A DNA stretch of 61,565 nt, filler included, from Choristocarpus tenellus KU-1152 (Eukaryota > Protista > Phaeophyceae), in NCBI GenBank assembly GCA_964200185.2. It is 13 parts of 13 records of this genome, joined end to end, with 100 filler letters (N's around TTAATTAATTAA, not from the genome) between each part and the next. Parts side by side here need not be neighbours in the genome. Positions count along the whole stretch, not along the records: positions 9,438 to 14,054 come from CAXNAD020013777.1; positions 14,155 to 22,230 come from CAXNAD020005189.1; positions 22,331 to 26,674 come from CAXNAD020015006.1; 10 more parts are not named here. One strand, 5' to 3'. Of the stretch, positions 12,741-25,338 are shown piece after piece (position 1 is the first letter of the stretch; the number at the start of each line of letters is the position of its first letter). Both the position numbers and the translations under genes were made by a program. Below the pieces are notes generated by a model, which made no database searches, had not been told where the DNA came from, and saw only the letters and a list, made by a program, of their open reading frames with translations.

Positions 12741-13225
12741 AAAGATAAGACTGAAGGCAAGAAGGATGGCTTTGGCGAAAATCCCTTCTATTATTTTCTT
12801 TATCCACCCAATTTCTTTGGTCTTCTACGCAACTGCTCTACACGTACTCCAATCATAAACCTTCATTCTGCAACTTCTTAGGGACTTTGACAAATATTAC
12901 GGATGCATTCCGAGTCTTACTCTGTATCTTCTATGAAATCATCATTTACTCTGTAAGGCTACCTATGTGTTACTAATAGCATATATTGTCGCACTTGTTA
13001 GAACGCGAGAAACAATCCTCACACTATACATCTGTCACAAATATTCGTGTTTGCTAATACATGAGAAGAAATGCTCGCGCTATTTGCCTGTAACACATAC
13101 CGCCTTTTGTCTCCTTAAGATGTACAAACAGGTCCATGTTACACAAATACGTTGGGTTGAATCTCTCTGGAATGATTAACCCTTCTGATCACAAGTTGTA
13201 CATATCACAGTGTGTGTTGATTTGT

Positions 13226-13600
13226 CAACAATCCATCATTTTGTTAACAGATTTGTCTCATATCGCAATGAGAAATAGTTGTAACCTTAACACCTTCGAG
13301 GTGGAAAGTCTTGGGCGCCTCGGTAAGCAAGCAGAACGTTTTCTGGATGAGTTGGCTACGCACATGGTAGGAGGGAGAGGGGCAGGAGGCTACAGCAGGA
13401 AAGGACCTGTCAAACCCTGTTTATGACAGGTAATGTGTGTCACAATGTAAGTGGCTCTATCAACACGTGTCATGCGTTTTAAGCTGGAGACACAAGGGAG
13501 ATGGGCAAGAAGGGACCTGAGAGATATTTTTGGGATACTTCCCTATCTCTTCGCCCTATCGTGTAGGGCTAAGCTAGGTTGGAGATATAGGAGAGGAGTG
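13226..13600 (+). mobile_element. 3' fragment of a CRE-like (RLE-endonuclease) non-LTR retrotransposon
   Basis: LNTFEVESLGRLGKQAERFLDELATHMVGG and the following UTR closely match 15997-16330. Confidence 0.65.
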
Positions 13601-14154
13601 GTGTAACATAACTGTAGTCAAATAGAGAATAGATTTTGGAGAGATTTCATTCACATTTTCGAAAATTGTTACTTTTATAGGGGTTATTATATGTAATAGT
13701 ATATAATAATATTTAAGATCATATCAATCAATTTGATATAATATTATCATGCCCTCTGACATTTTGCAGATGTTTCAGGAAGGAAACCAATGAAAAACTA
13801 TTCAGTACCTACACCGATTTTATACCAAATATTATGTACCAAACCCATTTTGTACCGCTTTTTTTCGACATACTAAAAAAAAATAGGCTTTTGTACCGGA
13901 ATTCTCGTATTTGGGCGACTTGGTACGAATTCGGGGAGATAGTCACGCGAGTTTAGCGCGCGCGTAAACATTCTCGCGAAAAGTGCCTTTCTTCCTGAGT
14001 CATGACCACACAGCAGTACAGTACGTTGCTGGTAGGGGAATAAAGTGGAAGCCANNNNNNNNNNNNNNNNNNNNNNNNNNNNNNNNNNNNNNNNNNNNTT
14101 AATTAATTAANNNNNNNNNNNNNNNNNNNNNNNNNNNNNNNNNNNNNNNNNNNN

Positions 14155-14371
14155 CGGACAAAATCCAATGTTCCGATTTGGAGGTAATTTTGGCTATCGT
14201 GTTTGTTAGGAAGTGTCAACATCCTTGTTCCGGAACACCTTTCATAATGTATACATTTTACCTACTCTGAAACATTTCGGAGTAGGAAAAATGCCATCAA
14301 AAACCCGTGGAAAGCCAAGCTCCAAACGGACAAACAGGGCGAAACTCGTAACCTCTAAGAGACTTTCACTC
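14155..14371 (-). mobile_element. MITE family B, truncated by contig start
   Basis: Reverse complement of family B, ending in TAAGAGACTTTCACTC. Confidence 0.8.
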
Positions 14372-14709
14372 AACTGGCACACTCCACCATGGAGCAAGCA
14401 GACGTTACCTCACTATGGACGCTACAGAAGATAATGGAGGTAGCAGACTTGGCAGGAGCCACTAATTTATTTTTTAAGGGGTGGGTGACAATGGTTCTCT
14501 CCGCCTGGAGATATACCAACAAGTACAGGCACAGATGCCCACAACTTCAGGGAGGTTGGGTCTATCCTCTATAAATCATCGCCAGCATGCAACCTTCGTA
14601 GGATCACTGATGTCTACTCTCCCCACCCTTTTAGCAAGGCAACAAGGGTCTCACAGAGAGTCTTTCTTACAAGCCATCTGTATGAGCCCCACAGTAAGGG
14701 CCTTGGGAT

Positions 14710-14967
14710 GAGTGAAAGTATCTTGGAGGGTACGAGATTTGCCCTGTTTGTCCATTTGGGGCTTGGCTTCCCATGTTTTTTGAAATGACATTTTCCTACT
14801 CCAAAATATTTCGAGTAGGTAAAATGTGTACGTTATAATAATGTGTTTCCGGAAGAAGGATATAGAGACTTCCTAACAAACACGATAGTCGAAACTACAT
14901 CAAAATCGCAACATTGGATTGTGGCCCCCAAATGGACGCGGATCTACCCTCTAAGATACTTTGACTC
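14710..14967 (+). mobile_element. MITE family B, complete
   Basis: GAGTGAAAGTATCTTGGAGGGTA...TACCCTCTAAGATACTTTGACTC with GAT/GAT TSD. Confidence 0.92.
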
Positions 14968-15475
14968 GATCATCCATCCACACCCTCCTCTCTACAGGAG
15001 TCCCTTCAGAAGACTTTACGCAAATTATTGGCCAAGGCTGGGTAGAGGCCAACAGCCTGGCAGCCCATGATGCCAGGATCACAACAAGGAGGGCGCAACA
15101 CGAGATCACCTCCCTTCTGAACAGGACCCGCTGTGACTCTCTCTGGACGATATTAGGCGCCTTACCTGACAAAGTGGAACAAGGGAAGGGGAGTTCCTTG
15201 CTAGCACTGGCCTGCCACTGGAGCCAGTGTGGACAAGGAGCGAATACATGGATGGGCCTATACACAACCCTTGGAACCAGCATGCCAGGTCCCTCCAATA
15301 GAGTTTAGACTCACTATCAGCAGATCCCTAGGGAGGGAGGAGGCCCTATCGAACAGGTGCCTAGTGACAGGGTGCAGTAGGCAAAATGTGAATACAATAC
15401 ATGCATGTATCTGCCCCAGGGCAGGAGGGAAGGTTCGCCAACACACACTGATAGTGAAGCATCTAGGTCAACTCT

Positions 15476-15737
15476 GAGAAAAATTATCGTAAGAGGGTAG
15501 AGCCGCGTCCATTTGGGGGTCAAAACCAAATGTTGTGATTTTAATGTAATTTTGGCTATCGTGTTTGTTAGGAAGTGTGAATATCCTTGTTTCGGACACA
15601 CTGTTTCATATTATACACATTTCACCTACTCCTAAACATTTTGAAGTAGGAAAATGTAATTAAAAAAACATGGGAAGCCAAGCCCCAAATAATGGACAAA
15701 CGGGGCGAAACTCGTACCCTCTAAGATACTTTCACTC
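15476..15737 (-). mobile_element. MITE family B, complete, reverse orientation
   Basis: GAG...CTC termini with TCT/TCT TSD. Splits the retroelement ORF between KHLGQL and LQRMG. Confidence 0.9.
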
Positions 15738-16750
15738 TCTGCAAAGGATGGGCACCCCTTGCACTATGGAGGACGATAGCCCAGTCACAGTGGACAGTGT
15801 GGTCTTCCATGCTTGGGCACTCGTGGACACCAGATCAACTCCCTACCGGGACAAAGGCCTCCTTCTACATGTTACGTTTGCAGAAGTGCAAGCAGCATCC
15901 AACCTACCCCAATCACCCACCAGCAATGATGTGTAGCTGCTCCTGCAGCTGAGGCACGAAAGCGCACCCACTAGGAGGGCTCTTTTGCGCTATACCCTCA
16001 ACACCTTCGCTGTGGAAAGATTTGGGTGCCTTGGCAAGCAAGCACAAAGGTTCCTGGATGAGTTGGCTACGCACATGGTAGGGGGGCGAGGGGCAGGAGG
16101 CTACAGCAGGAAAGGAGCTGTCAAATCCCGTCTACGACAGATATTGTCTGTCAAAACACAAGTGGCTCTATCACTTGTCATGCGTTTTAAGCTGTAGACA
16201 CCAGGGAGATGGACAAGGAGGGGCATATTAGATTCTGGGGATGCTTCCCTGGTTCCTCACACTAGGGTCCAGGACTAAGCTAGGTTGGAGGCACAGGAGG
16301 GCAGCGGTGTACCATAGCTGAGATAGAAAAATAGTATATGCTCCAGTAGATAATAGAAAATATCTTTCACATATACGACGACTGTTACTTTTTTGGGGTT
16401 GTTCTGACATTTGAACGGTCTTTCATTGGTTTTCCCTCTGACACATTTGCAAGATGTGATAGGACACAGTAATATATGCATATAATGGTAATAATAATAA
16501 TAATGGTAAGTGCACCCCAGCACAGTGTGGTTATGCTACAGTCACAGCATTAGTACAACCAGACAGTACATTATACTAGAGTACAATCTGAATTGTACGG
16601 TATGATATGGTAAACAGCACCCACCATCACAATGGTACCATTATGGTTCGGAATTCTGACTGTAATGCACCATTTTCCAATGTCTCCATGCTCCAAATAC
16701 ACACAGATGGTTGGTAAGATATGTATGGTACTACTCCAGTAATATTTTTT

Positions 16751-17180
16751 CTCAACAACCAGGAAATACAAAAATCCATCTTCCACATTTTTTTGTCGCA
16801 ATTGGGGTTTATACAAAGCCCTTTCCCCGGGTCAGCTCCAGATGCCTACTCTGAAAGTCAAAAAGAAGACAATAAAATTTTTCCATGCTTGCTCCCCAAA
16901 ACGTCCTAGTATTATCGCCATCTTGATCAATGTCCCAAACGATTCGATATTTATGAAGGCATAGCTCAACAACCAGGAAATTCAAAGTCCACCTACCTCT
17001 CCCACGTTTTTTAATCACAAATGAGTATACAAGACCCTTTCCCCTGGTCAGCTCCAGATGCCTACTCTGAGAGTCAACAAGAAGACCATAAAATGTAACA
17101 TGTTTACAATAAAAATTTCTTAGAATTATTGTCATCTTGATTAATGTTCTAGGAGATTTGATACTAATGAAGGTATCGCA
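16751..17180. repeat. Diverged tandem duplication, unit about 214 bp, two copies
   Basis: CTCAACAACCAGGAAAT occurs at 16751 and 16965. Both units contain GGTCAGCTCCAGATGCCTACTCTGA. Confidence 0.85.
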
Positions 17181-18043
17181 CCCTGCTGGCCAGGTGCAAG
17201 CTGACATTTCCAAGAGGACTGGGCAATCGAGATAGATGTATGTGTTCTCCAGTTGGCAGGAACCTCAAGAACGACCTCTTGTGAAAATAACGAAAAAAAT
17301 AGGTCTGGTCGCTCAGAATGCACAGAAATAACGAACTAGATCGTTTCTACTACTGGACTGGAATTGTTATTGTAGTACAAATTCTGTGGTTTTAGTAGCA
17401 TATGCCGTCCTGACTGGAGAATGAACAACTGCACTACAGCAGAGCTCCAGCAATAAGAACATCCATTCCCATGTCAACTTCCCAGTAAAAAATAACTACC
17501 AATAGTCAAAGAAAGTACTCCGGATTTATCTATTGTTTGTTGATTTGAGGAGATAGTACATGGCGAACATATCCTCTTCCCAGACAAACAATAAACTTTA
17601 TGGGGGGGATAAAAAAAGTGTTACATTGTCCAAGTGCTTGTGTCGTCCTAAACAGTAGTAGTAATATTACGCTCCAGAGAACATGCATCACGCAGGTATC
17701 ATGATCACAGCAAATACTTCAATCCGAAAATGTATAAAGTGTAACAATCCAGATATTTTCAACCACAATTTGTTGACTAAATCTGCATTACAGCCACCAT
17801 ATCTTATACCATGGTTGGTCGTGTACCACCAGCCTTTATAACAGCAACAAACAACACGTACAAAAAAGTCTACATCAAATAATAAATGACCACAGGCCAA
17901 TTCCGCTACTACCAGCAGTTACCAGTACTTCTCTACCTTCAGTGAGTTCACAACAACAACAATCTTATTCACCGACGCATTGATCATTCTATTATGTATC
18001 CTAAAAAGGAACGCAAAACCTTCATCAAAAAGCAGCTAGCCCC

Positions 18044-19993
18044 TCAGGAGGAGACAAGGTCCTCTAGTTCTAACCATCTCTCTGTTTTGGCATCTGTCTC
18101 CTCGCCTATCCGTGCAAGCTCATCAGACCACCGTGTCATCTTCTTGAACCTGTCCAGCATACACGTCCAAACCGGTTTGGGATACACGAGTATGTTTAGA
18201 CACGTACAATAAAGCAATGTGGAGGGAAGATGATACTAGCAAGGCCACAGTAAAAAGCCCATGTCAGCACTATGAACAGTGCACAAAGCAAAGGCCTACC
18301 TTGCACCATCAACAAAAGATCAGATAGACCAGCTGGCATACTTTATTGTGGTTCCTCCACTGTAGTTAGATATGCTCTTATGTCAAGTTGATTACCAAGG
18401 TCTTCAATCGCTGCTGAAAAAGAAAGCGCAACCATGTGATATATGAGTTCCACATTTTCCCAAGTAATACTCTTCATGCCAACGCTTCAAACTTCCAAGT
18501 AAGGAGCTTGCTCACCCACCCTCCGATTATGAACACCTAACAACACTTTCCTCGTGCAATATGTCAATAGCACACTCAAAAAAGAACCCATGGCACCTCA
18601 ACCACACCTGCTTGTGAGTCCTAGATCTGCCAGACTATTCAATATTAGTCAAATGGCAAGACCCCCAAATAGGGACCTTCTATGTTCTTCAGAGGAAATA
18701 ACTAACGATACGAGCGGATGAAGTGTTCCCCGTGTCGTATCAAATGAGGCAGTTTGAGCAGCGGCAGTATCAACTACAGTCACCAACTACTATATATAGT
18801 ACAACCTAGACTACGTAAAATAGTATCCAAATTAGTTTAACAAAAAAATCTGGTTGACACAACACGTTCTTGAAACCTTTCTTAGAAAATGATGAAAAGC
18901 TCTCCTATAAAACTGGATTATTTCGTACCAAGTCACGAGGAACCCCCCTCAACTGTACTCATGCGTTGGGTGGAACGAGAGCATTTGAGGTGTGTGCACG
19001 GCCCAGCTCCTTCGCGAGAAACACAAGCAATTGCACAAGAACCCTAACCCTAAACTGTATTGTTGAACAGGCTGCGAACAACACCCCATCACAAGAAATA
19101 CCCACATTACAAATAGCACTACTAGCACTACTCTTAAGAGCACATATAATAACAGTCTTAACAATCACAATCCAAAACAAATGAGGGGGACAACAAAGAC
19201 ACTACACAGAGAGCAAAATATACACCAATAGAATACCTCGAATACAACATTAAGCCAATGAGATGCGTTCATTCTGTAACCTCCCTCACCACACGCGAAA
19301 AGAGCACCCTGAAAACTTCGCTAACACTCACTCTGTCCCCTCAGCATACGCCTTCTCGAGCAGCTCCTCCAACTCCTTGGTCTTCTCCTCCAGTGCCAGT
19401 ATCTCTTTTTCTAATGTTCGGTACTCCATCTTCTCTTTATTGGACAACTTACGCAGGTTCGGTGTACCTTTTTCTGTCACAGCGGGGGCCACTACTGCCT
19501 CCTCCTCAACGTCTGGACTTTTGGCCTTTGTCTTTGTTTCTACCCTGACTGCGGTCCCAGTATCCTTACCCTTCTGTATTATTGCCAAGGACAACACCCC
19601 CCACCCCCACCCCCACATACACAGCAAAACAGCATCAAGAGGAGCAGCAGGGGGAGGGGGGGAATTGCAGTTGTTTTGAAGTATCGACACACTGCCATAG
19701 AGGCTGTAGAGCTTAAACTAACTAGAGAAGTGATGCCAAAAGCATGAGGAGGCGGAGCAGGTAGCCATCAAACACATTCCAATTGAGTCCAAAAGGAACA
19801 AAGACTTCCTCCCTATAGCCTATAGGTGGAAATGTTACCCTTCGTGAGCATCCCCTACTACAGTACAAACTAGTACAAGTGCAAAAGATGGTGCTACTTG
19901 AGACATGTACCATTTGTAAAGTGATTTCAGGGCAGACTAGAGTTGTCAAGGCAGTTAGTCCATTCCACACTCCACAAGCACACCAAGACATTT

Positions 19994-20031
<38 letters not shown>

Positions 20032-21482
20032 GACAACAGTTCCATCTCAGTGGTAAAAGAGCTGAGGTGCACTAACTTCTTGCACCAAGACGAGGCCGCC
20101 ACTATCATGATCAAAGATCTGACCAAGATCCCATCAAATCAGAGGGTCAGGTGACCAGGTCATGGAAAGTACTTCATCTTGAAGGACTTGCTCCACAGCT
20201 TCTATGACCCCTCCAACACAAAACACAGACATGAAAGCCAAAAACAACGTAGCGTTGTGAACCATAACAGGTCTATCGACTTCGGTTCGATGAATAGGAA
20301 TAACTGAATAACTGAACCGGAAAAGCTAGGTCATTCAGTTGTTCTTTCAATAAGTCATTAATAGAACCAGAAGGCGTTTATAATGAACGTGTCAAGAGGC
20401 CACAGAAGAAACACATTTATGACAAGGGGTGACATCACAATCACTGTTAATATAATATCCACAACTCACTACACGTGTCACTCCTAACGACTTCGGATCT
20501 GCCTGATGAGACCTGTGAGGCTTTGAACTTTTTGCCTAGAGGAGACAACTACCACTTAGCGATCTGTGCGCGTTTCACACGCATCGACTCATGCGCTGAA
20601 AGTTTAATCGGATAATTTGAAAAATAATTATTGTTGATACACTTGTAGGCGTGAACTGTTTCAGTTCACTAAACACTGCACAAAAAATACGTCACTAGTA
20701 CTAATACTAGTTCACCACGAAACTAGACCATCACTCCAGCTCACACCCCATACCTTTACCAAAGACAATACAGCTTCACCTTGCATTTCAGACCATCGGC
20801 CACTAGAATCAGGCCCTGGGATAGTCTCCAATCCTAAGCCCTATCAAAGACACTGCCTGCATCCCACTTCCCCTCCAAGGCACACAAGCACCTCCTACCT
20901 ACGCAAGTCATAGGACAAGCGAATCAAGTAGCAACAACCCTAACCCTGTGGACCCAGCAGTACGAGTGTCGTCCCACACAAATGCATCAACAAGGAGTCT
21001 CTCTCAACAAGAACATTCCCAACGGCGGACGCATTCTGACAGGGTGGCGACATGTACTCACCTAGCAGGTAGAATCCAAAAAGATCACATTGCAAAAACG
21101 GAAACGCCTAAAAAATAAAAAATAAAAAGGAAAGGAGTATGTTCTCGCACTTTTTTTTTTTTCACCTTGTCAACACCTAGCAGGCACTTTACTAAAAAAA
21201 ATAAATACCAATAAATAGGAGGAACATAATTCGTCTCGTCCATTTGATAAAACAGAAAAATAATACTCAAAACTAGAGCGTATCATCCAATCGATGAACC
21301 AAGGGAGAGATATATCCACCCTTACTTTGGCACACAAGGAGGGCGGCATCAGTGCACTCACCCCAGGCTTAGCCGCGTCCTGCCGGTAGTCCAGGTAGTC
21401 AGTGAACGACCCTGAGAAGTCCTTCACAACGCCTTCACCCTCAAAAATGAACAGGTGCTTTGCCACCTTGTCTACGAAGAAC
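18044..21482 (-). CDS. ABC-F family ATPase (Uup-like), last three exons: 21482-21362, 19573-19332, 18149-18044
   Basis: RFFVDKVAKHLFIFEGEGVVKDFSGSFTDYL (end of second ABC domain), then RKLSNKEKMEYRTLEKEILALEE and ERWLELEDLVSS* (Uup-type C-terminal coiled coil). GT-AG introns with consistent phases. Confidence 0.88.
19997..20029. repeat. (AC)n microsatellite in an ABC-F intron
   Basis: Direct observation. Confidence 0.9.
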
Positions 21483-22355
21483 CTATCATCCACCATCAGA
21501 GCAGATTGTGATTGGAATGGTGGAGGAAAGGTGGGAGGGAAGGAGGAACAGGAATGGAATATTTACGAGAGGAGTCCGTCTAGTCCACCCACAAAAGAGA
21601 ATTTCGATTCCAACTTTCACCCCCCCCCAAAAAAAAAAAAACATAAACATATCCGCTGAAAAAAACAAAAAATCAAAAATTTAACAAACAAAAATTAAAC
21701 TCGAACAATAATATAGAGTCAACGGAACGGTGTGAGTGCGAAAGCTTGAAGTCACTCTCTCACAACTCCACTTCAAGCGAGAATATTCTCACACCTGTGC
21801 AACAGACAGGTGCTTTAGGTGCTTTACCCTCATCGACCCCCCCCCCGCTATCCACTCCTACAAGAAGGGGGAGTCAATTGGGTTTAATCAGTGTCAAAAA
21901 TCGAAAAAAACACAAAAAAAGACCCTGACAAGAGTCAAAGTCACCGAGAGCAGGGGGTGCTGCTGATTTTCAAGGACCTCTTTTGAAATTCTGGTGGAAC
22001 TTGTCGGAGTACACAATCCAGAGATGTGAAGTGCATTTTGGGTGCTTTGAAAGCACATTCAAATTGGCAGAAGTTATCCCTATGGGCGCACCTCCTTCAA
22101 ATGTCTTCATCTTTTGAAAACAAAGTTGAAAAGCTTCCACCTCAAAAAACGACCAACCCCCACCCCCCCCCCCCCCCCCCCCCCAGCACCCGCACGGCCG
22201 ATCCCATTCTCCCGGAGCAAGGGAGAAAAANNNNNNNNNNNNNNNNNNNNNNNNNNNNNNNNNNNNNNNNNNNNTTAATTAATTAANNNNNNNNNNNNNN
22301 NNNNNNNNNNNNNNNNNNNNNNNNNNNNNNGTAGTACTTTGCTTGCCTTGGGATA

Positions 22356-22415
22356 GGGTCAAAGTATCTGGGGGGGGGGGGTGATTAACCACCACCCCCC
22401 AAGGTACTTTGACCC
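22356..22415. mobile_element. 60-bp TIR-only derivative of the AAAGTATCT MITE group
   Basis: GGGTCAAAGTATCTGGGG...CCCCAAGGTACTTTGACCC forms a hairpin. No TSD is visible (ATA/AGC). Confidence 0.6.
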
Positions 22416-23755
22416 AGCCACCGTCCTCGTATGATGTATTCTGGACTAAAATGCATTTAGGATCTACGCTTGGCGCTTGAGTGGGTGTAGAGTATGTTAT
22501 TATGGCTCAGGGAAGCTGCCGTTGGGTTCAATGCTTGGAGCCTGGGTGGTAGCCGCCGCTTAGTTTGGGTGTGGAAGAGAGATCATCTGTTGTGAAAATC
22601 TCGATATGTGCTGAAGATGGTGGTGTGGAGTACGAGATGCTTGTGCGTCAACGCATTTCTGGTAAGGTTTCAGCTCATTGCTCTGTGGTTCGATCAACGC
22701 AAAGAGGGGAGAAAAAAGGATTGGGGCATGGCAGCAAAATTATTAGAGGATGGTGGCAGAACGCTGTAATGGAGATGAAATCTGGGTCACCACCGGGCCA
22801 ATAAGAACATGCGTATGAGGACACGTAAACACAAACTCTTCGGGAGGACAACAAATTCAATGTACCAAATGCACAAGTCCGTTGATTTAGAGAACGCCCG
22901 ATCTCTCCATCATAACATGTCTGTCGAAGCATGTGTCGGACTGGCGAAGTAGAGTATGACTCATGAAGAGAAATTGGCCTATGTTGCTCCTCAAAGCCGT
23001 GTCTGTCGTCAGTATGATGGCAGTGTAGGACTTGTCCACAACCAGGCCCGTGTAGAGGAGCGTCTTGGTCAATACTGTAGTGTTGGACAAGAAGCTGCAT
23101 ATTTCACAGGTCGCCATTCTCCCATTTGACCTCGTAGGGGTAGCTGACTCGCTCCTCTCCAAATTTTACCGTGTAGTGGGGCTGGTAGTTGGTCACGATC
23201 CCTTGCATCCGCTGGTTGTCTCATCTGAAGCATAGTCCCCTGCCCTTGTCTCTGGCATTGAGTGTTTCACCCTCATCTAAATTTGGCACATATCTCAGTG
23301 TCGGTTCAAGGAGTATATATTTCTATATATCCTTGTCCATGTCCCTACGCTTCCGCTGGCGGTGAACGATGGACCAACTGCCTTGTCTTACACACAGGGC
23401 TGCAGCCTCGTCACTGTCCCTCTTGTTCTTCTCTCAAAGTTGGTTGACACCCTCTTCGATCTCGTCCTCTGCATGTACGACCCCAGTTGAGGGGGCAAAG
23501 ATTTTTCGCCATCGTCCAGGAGGTAGGACACTGAGTAAATTTACGCCCCTGAACGATCTGCGTGAACATCGCTGACCTTCCCCTGTACGATGCCCCCCAC
23601 TAGCGCGTAGGATGAACCTGGTTCCTCGACCGAACCTGGCGTCGGATGTGTCCCCAAGTATGAGTTGCCTAGAGAAGCGAGCAGGTTTCCCGCCAAGAGA
23701 TTGCCGATTGGATTCCGAGGTGAATCTCTGGTATTGACCCGGCAGGATCGTGAAT

Positions 23756-24019
23756 GAGTGAAAGTATCCTAGAGGGTACGAGTTTTGCCCTGTTTGTCCA
23801 TTTGGGGCTTGTCTTCCCACATTGTTTATTAATGTCTTTTTCCTACTCCAAAATGTTTTGTAGTAGGTAATATATATACGTTATGACAAGGTGTGTCCAA
23901 AACAAGGATATTGACACTTACTAACAAACACGATAGCCAAAATTTCATCCAGATCGCAATATTGTATATTGACCCCAAATGGACGCGGCCCTACCTTACC
24001 CTCTAAGATACTTTGGCTC
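23756..24019 (+). mobile_element. MITE family B, complete
   Basis: GAGTGAAAGTATCC...AGATACTTTGGCTC with AAT/AAT TSD. Confidence 0.92.
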
Positions 24020-24524
24020 AATGCGTTGTCCAGGTGGTTGTGGTCGATGTCTGTGAAGTCTTGGATGATGATAGCCTGAAGGGGCACGATGCAGGGACCC
24101 GGTTGTGCATCCTGCATCACCACAAAGATGTTCGTTGCGGGGGCTGTGTTGGTGTGTAGGACTATTGGAATGTGTTTGCGCGTTATGGCCTGGTTTGGTT
24201 GTATAGGGGTGTTGCTGTGGATTTTTTTGAGAAACGGATAGTTTAATGTACGATAGAGGTTACACTTAGGCAGCGGAATGAACGAATGGGATGCGTTTAT
24301 TTGCCCTATGTAAGTTGTGAAACATTGTGTGAAAGGTGTCAGTGGCGGTTGCAGATTGGGAGAACAAAATGGCTCTGGTTTGGATGTCAGGATTGGACGT
24401 TATTGGAGGAATCTATGTTGGTTAGAGAGGGGATATAAGGGGATATATGACACCTGTATATGGACAGCGTGGAATCATTCGTGTGGGGCATTGTTCCCCC
24501 TTAGAAGCAATAAGAAGCGTTACT

Positions 24525-25120
24525 CACCTTGTCCGTCCGTGACATGTGAATAATTGGCACGCCATCAACGAAGCTAGCACTCAGCACCCTCGAAGTCTTC
24601 AGTGACAAAGACGACCTCATCTCCAGCACTGAACATTCCTCCGTAGCTGGAGTGGTGTCTGGCGTTCCATTGAATCGTGTCTTTGCGGTGGACAGTGAAC
24701 GGCAAGGACTCTATACCATTGTACTCCGATGGCTGCGTCCGCACAATGCATATGTTCTCCTCGGCGAGCTATCTCTTCTTCCTCGACAGCTGACTTCTCA
24801 GATACATGTCACCCATTCCCGCTTCCGTGGAAAATCCGAGGTCTATCTCCTTAAGTGGGGGCGTGTGGGTTAGTTGCCACCTGCATGGGGCCAGGTTGCC
24901 GATGGAACAGTTCGTGCAGTAGCACGAGAGTTCTGAGTATATCAATGTACGGGAGTCTCCAGTGGTGAGACGACCAGTAAAGAACCTGTGCATGGACTTG
25001 ATTCCACTGAGGTTGGGACACATGGGTTGTGTCGTCCCGCTCGGTTGATCTTGTAAGACGGAAGGTGGACTATCTCCTGTGTGCGGAACGTGTCGATGTA
25101 TGGAAGTTTCGTATACGTGT
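24525..25120 (-). pseudogene. Decayed ORF, probably transposon-derived, with a Cys motif
   Basis: IVHLPSYKINR../CPNLSGIKSMHRFF...SELSCYCTNC..C, with a frameshift and stops. Family not confidently assigned. Confidence 0.35.
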
Positions 25121-25338
25121 TACTGTGCTGTCTGCCGTCCCTGTCCGTCTAATCCTAAGGGTTGTGGTGATTGTGCGTATAAGGGGAGGGTGGTACGTGT
25201 TGGAGTCAGTGTCGGGACTGAGGAAGTGTGCTGTGACCAATTCGATGTGATGGCATTTTGTTTGGAGTGATATGTGCTACCTATTGCTGTAACGAGTGTT
25301 TGGTAATGATGGATGGTAGTGTGTGATGAAATCCAAGA

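Larger units (their letters stand above)
14372..16330 (+). mobile_element. Decayed CRE-like non-LTR retrotransposon (post-RT region, CCHC knuckle, RLE endonuclease), interrupted by two family-B MITEs
   Basis: MPTTSGRLGLSS...HATFVGS; EFRLTISRSLG..C...C..HACIC..GGKVRQH; GLLLHVT; EARKRTH; FAVERFGCLGKQAQRFL..RLRQILSV. This is the usual motif order of CRE/NeSL-type elements. Frameshifts and stops are present. Confidence 0.7.
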
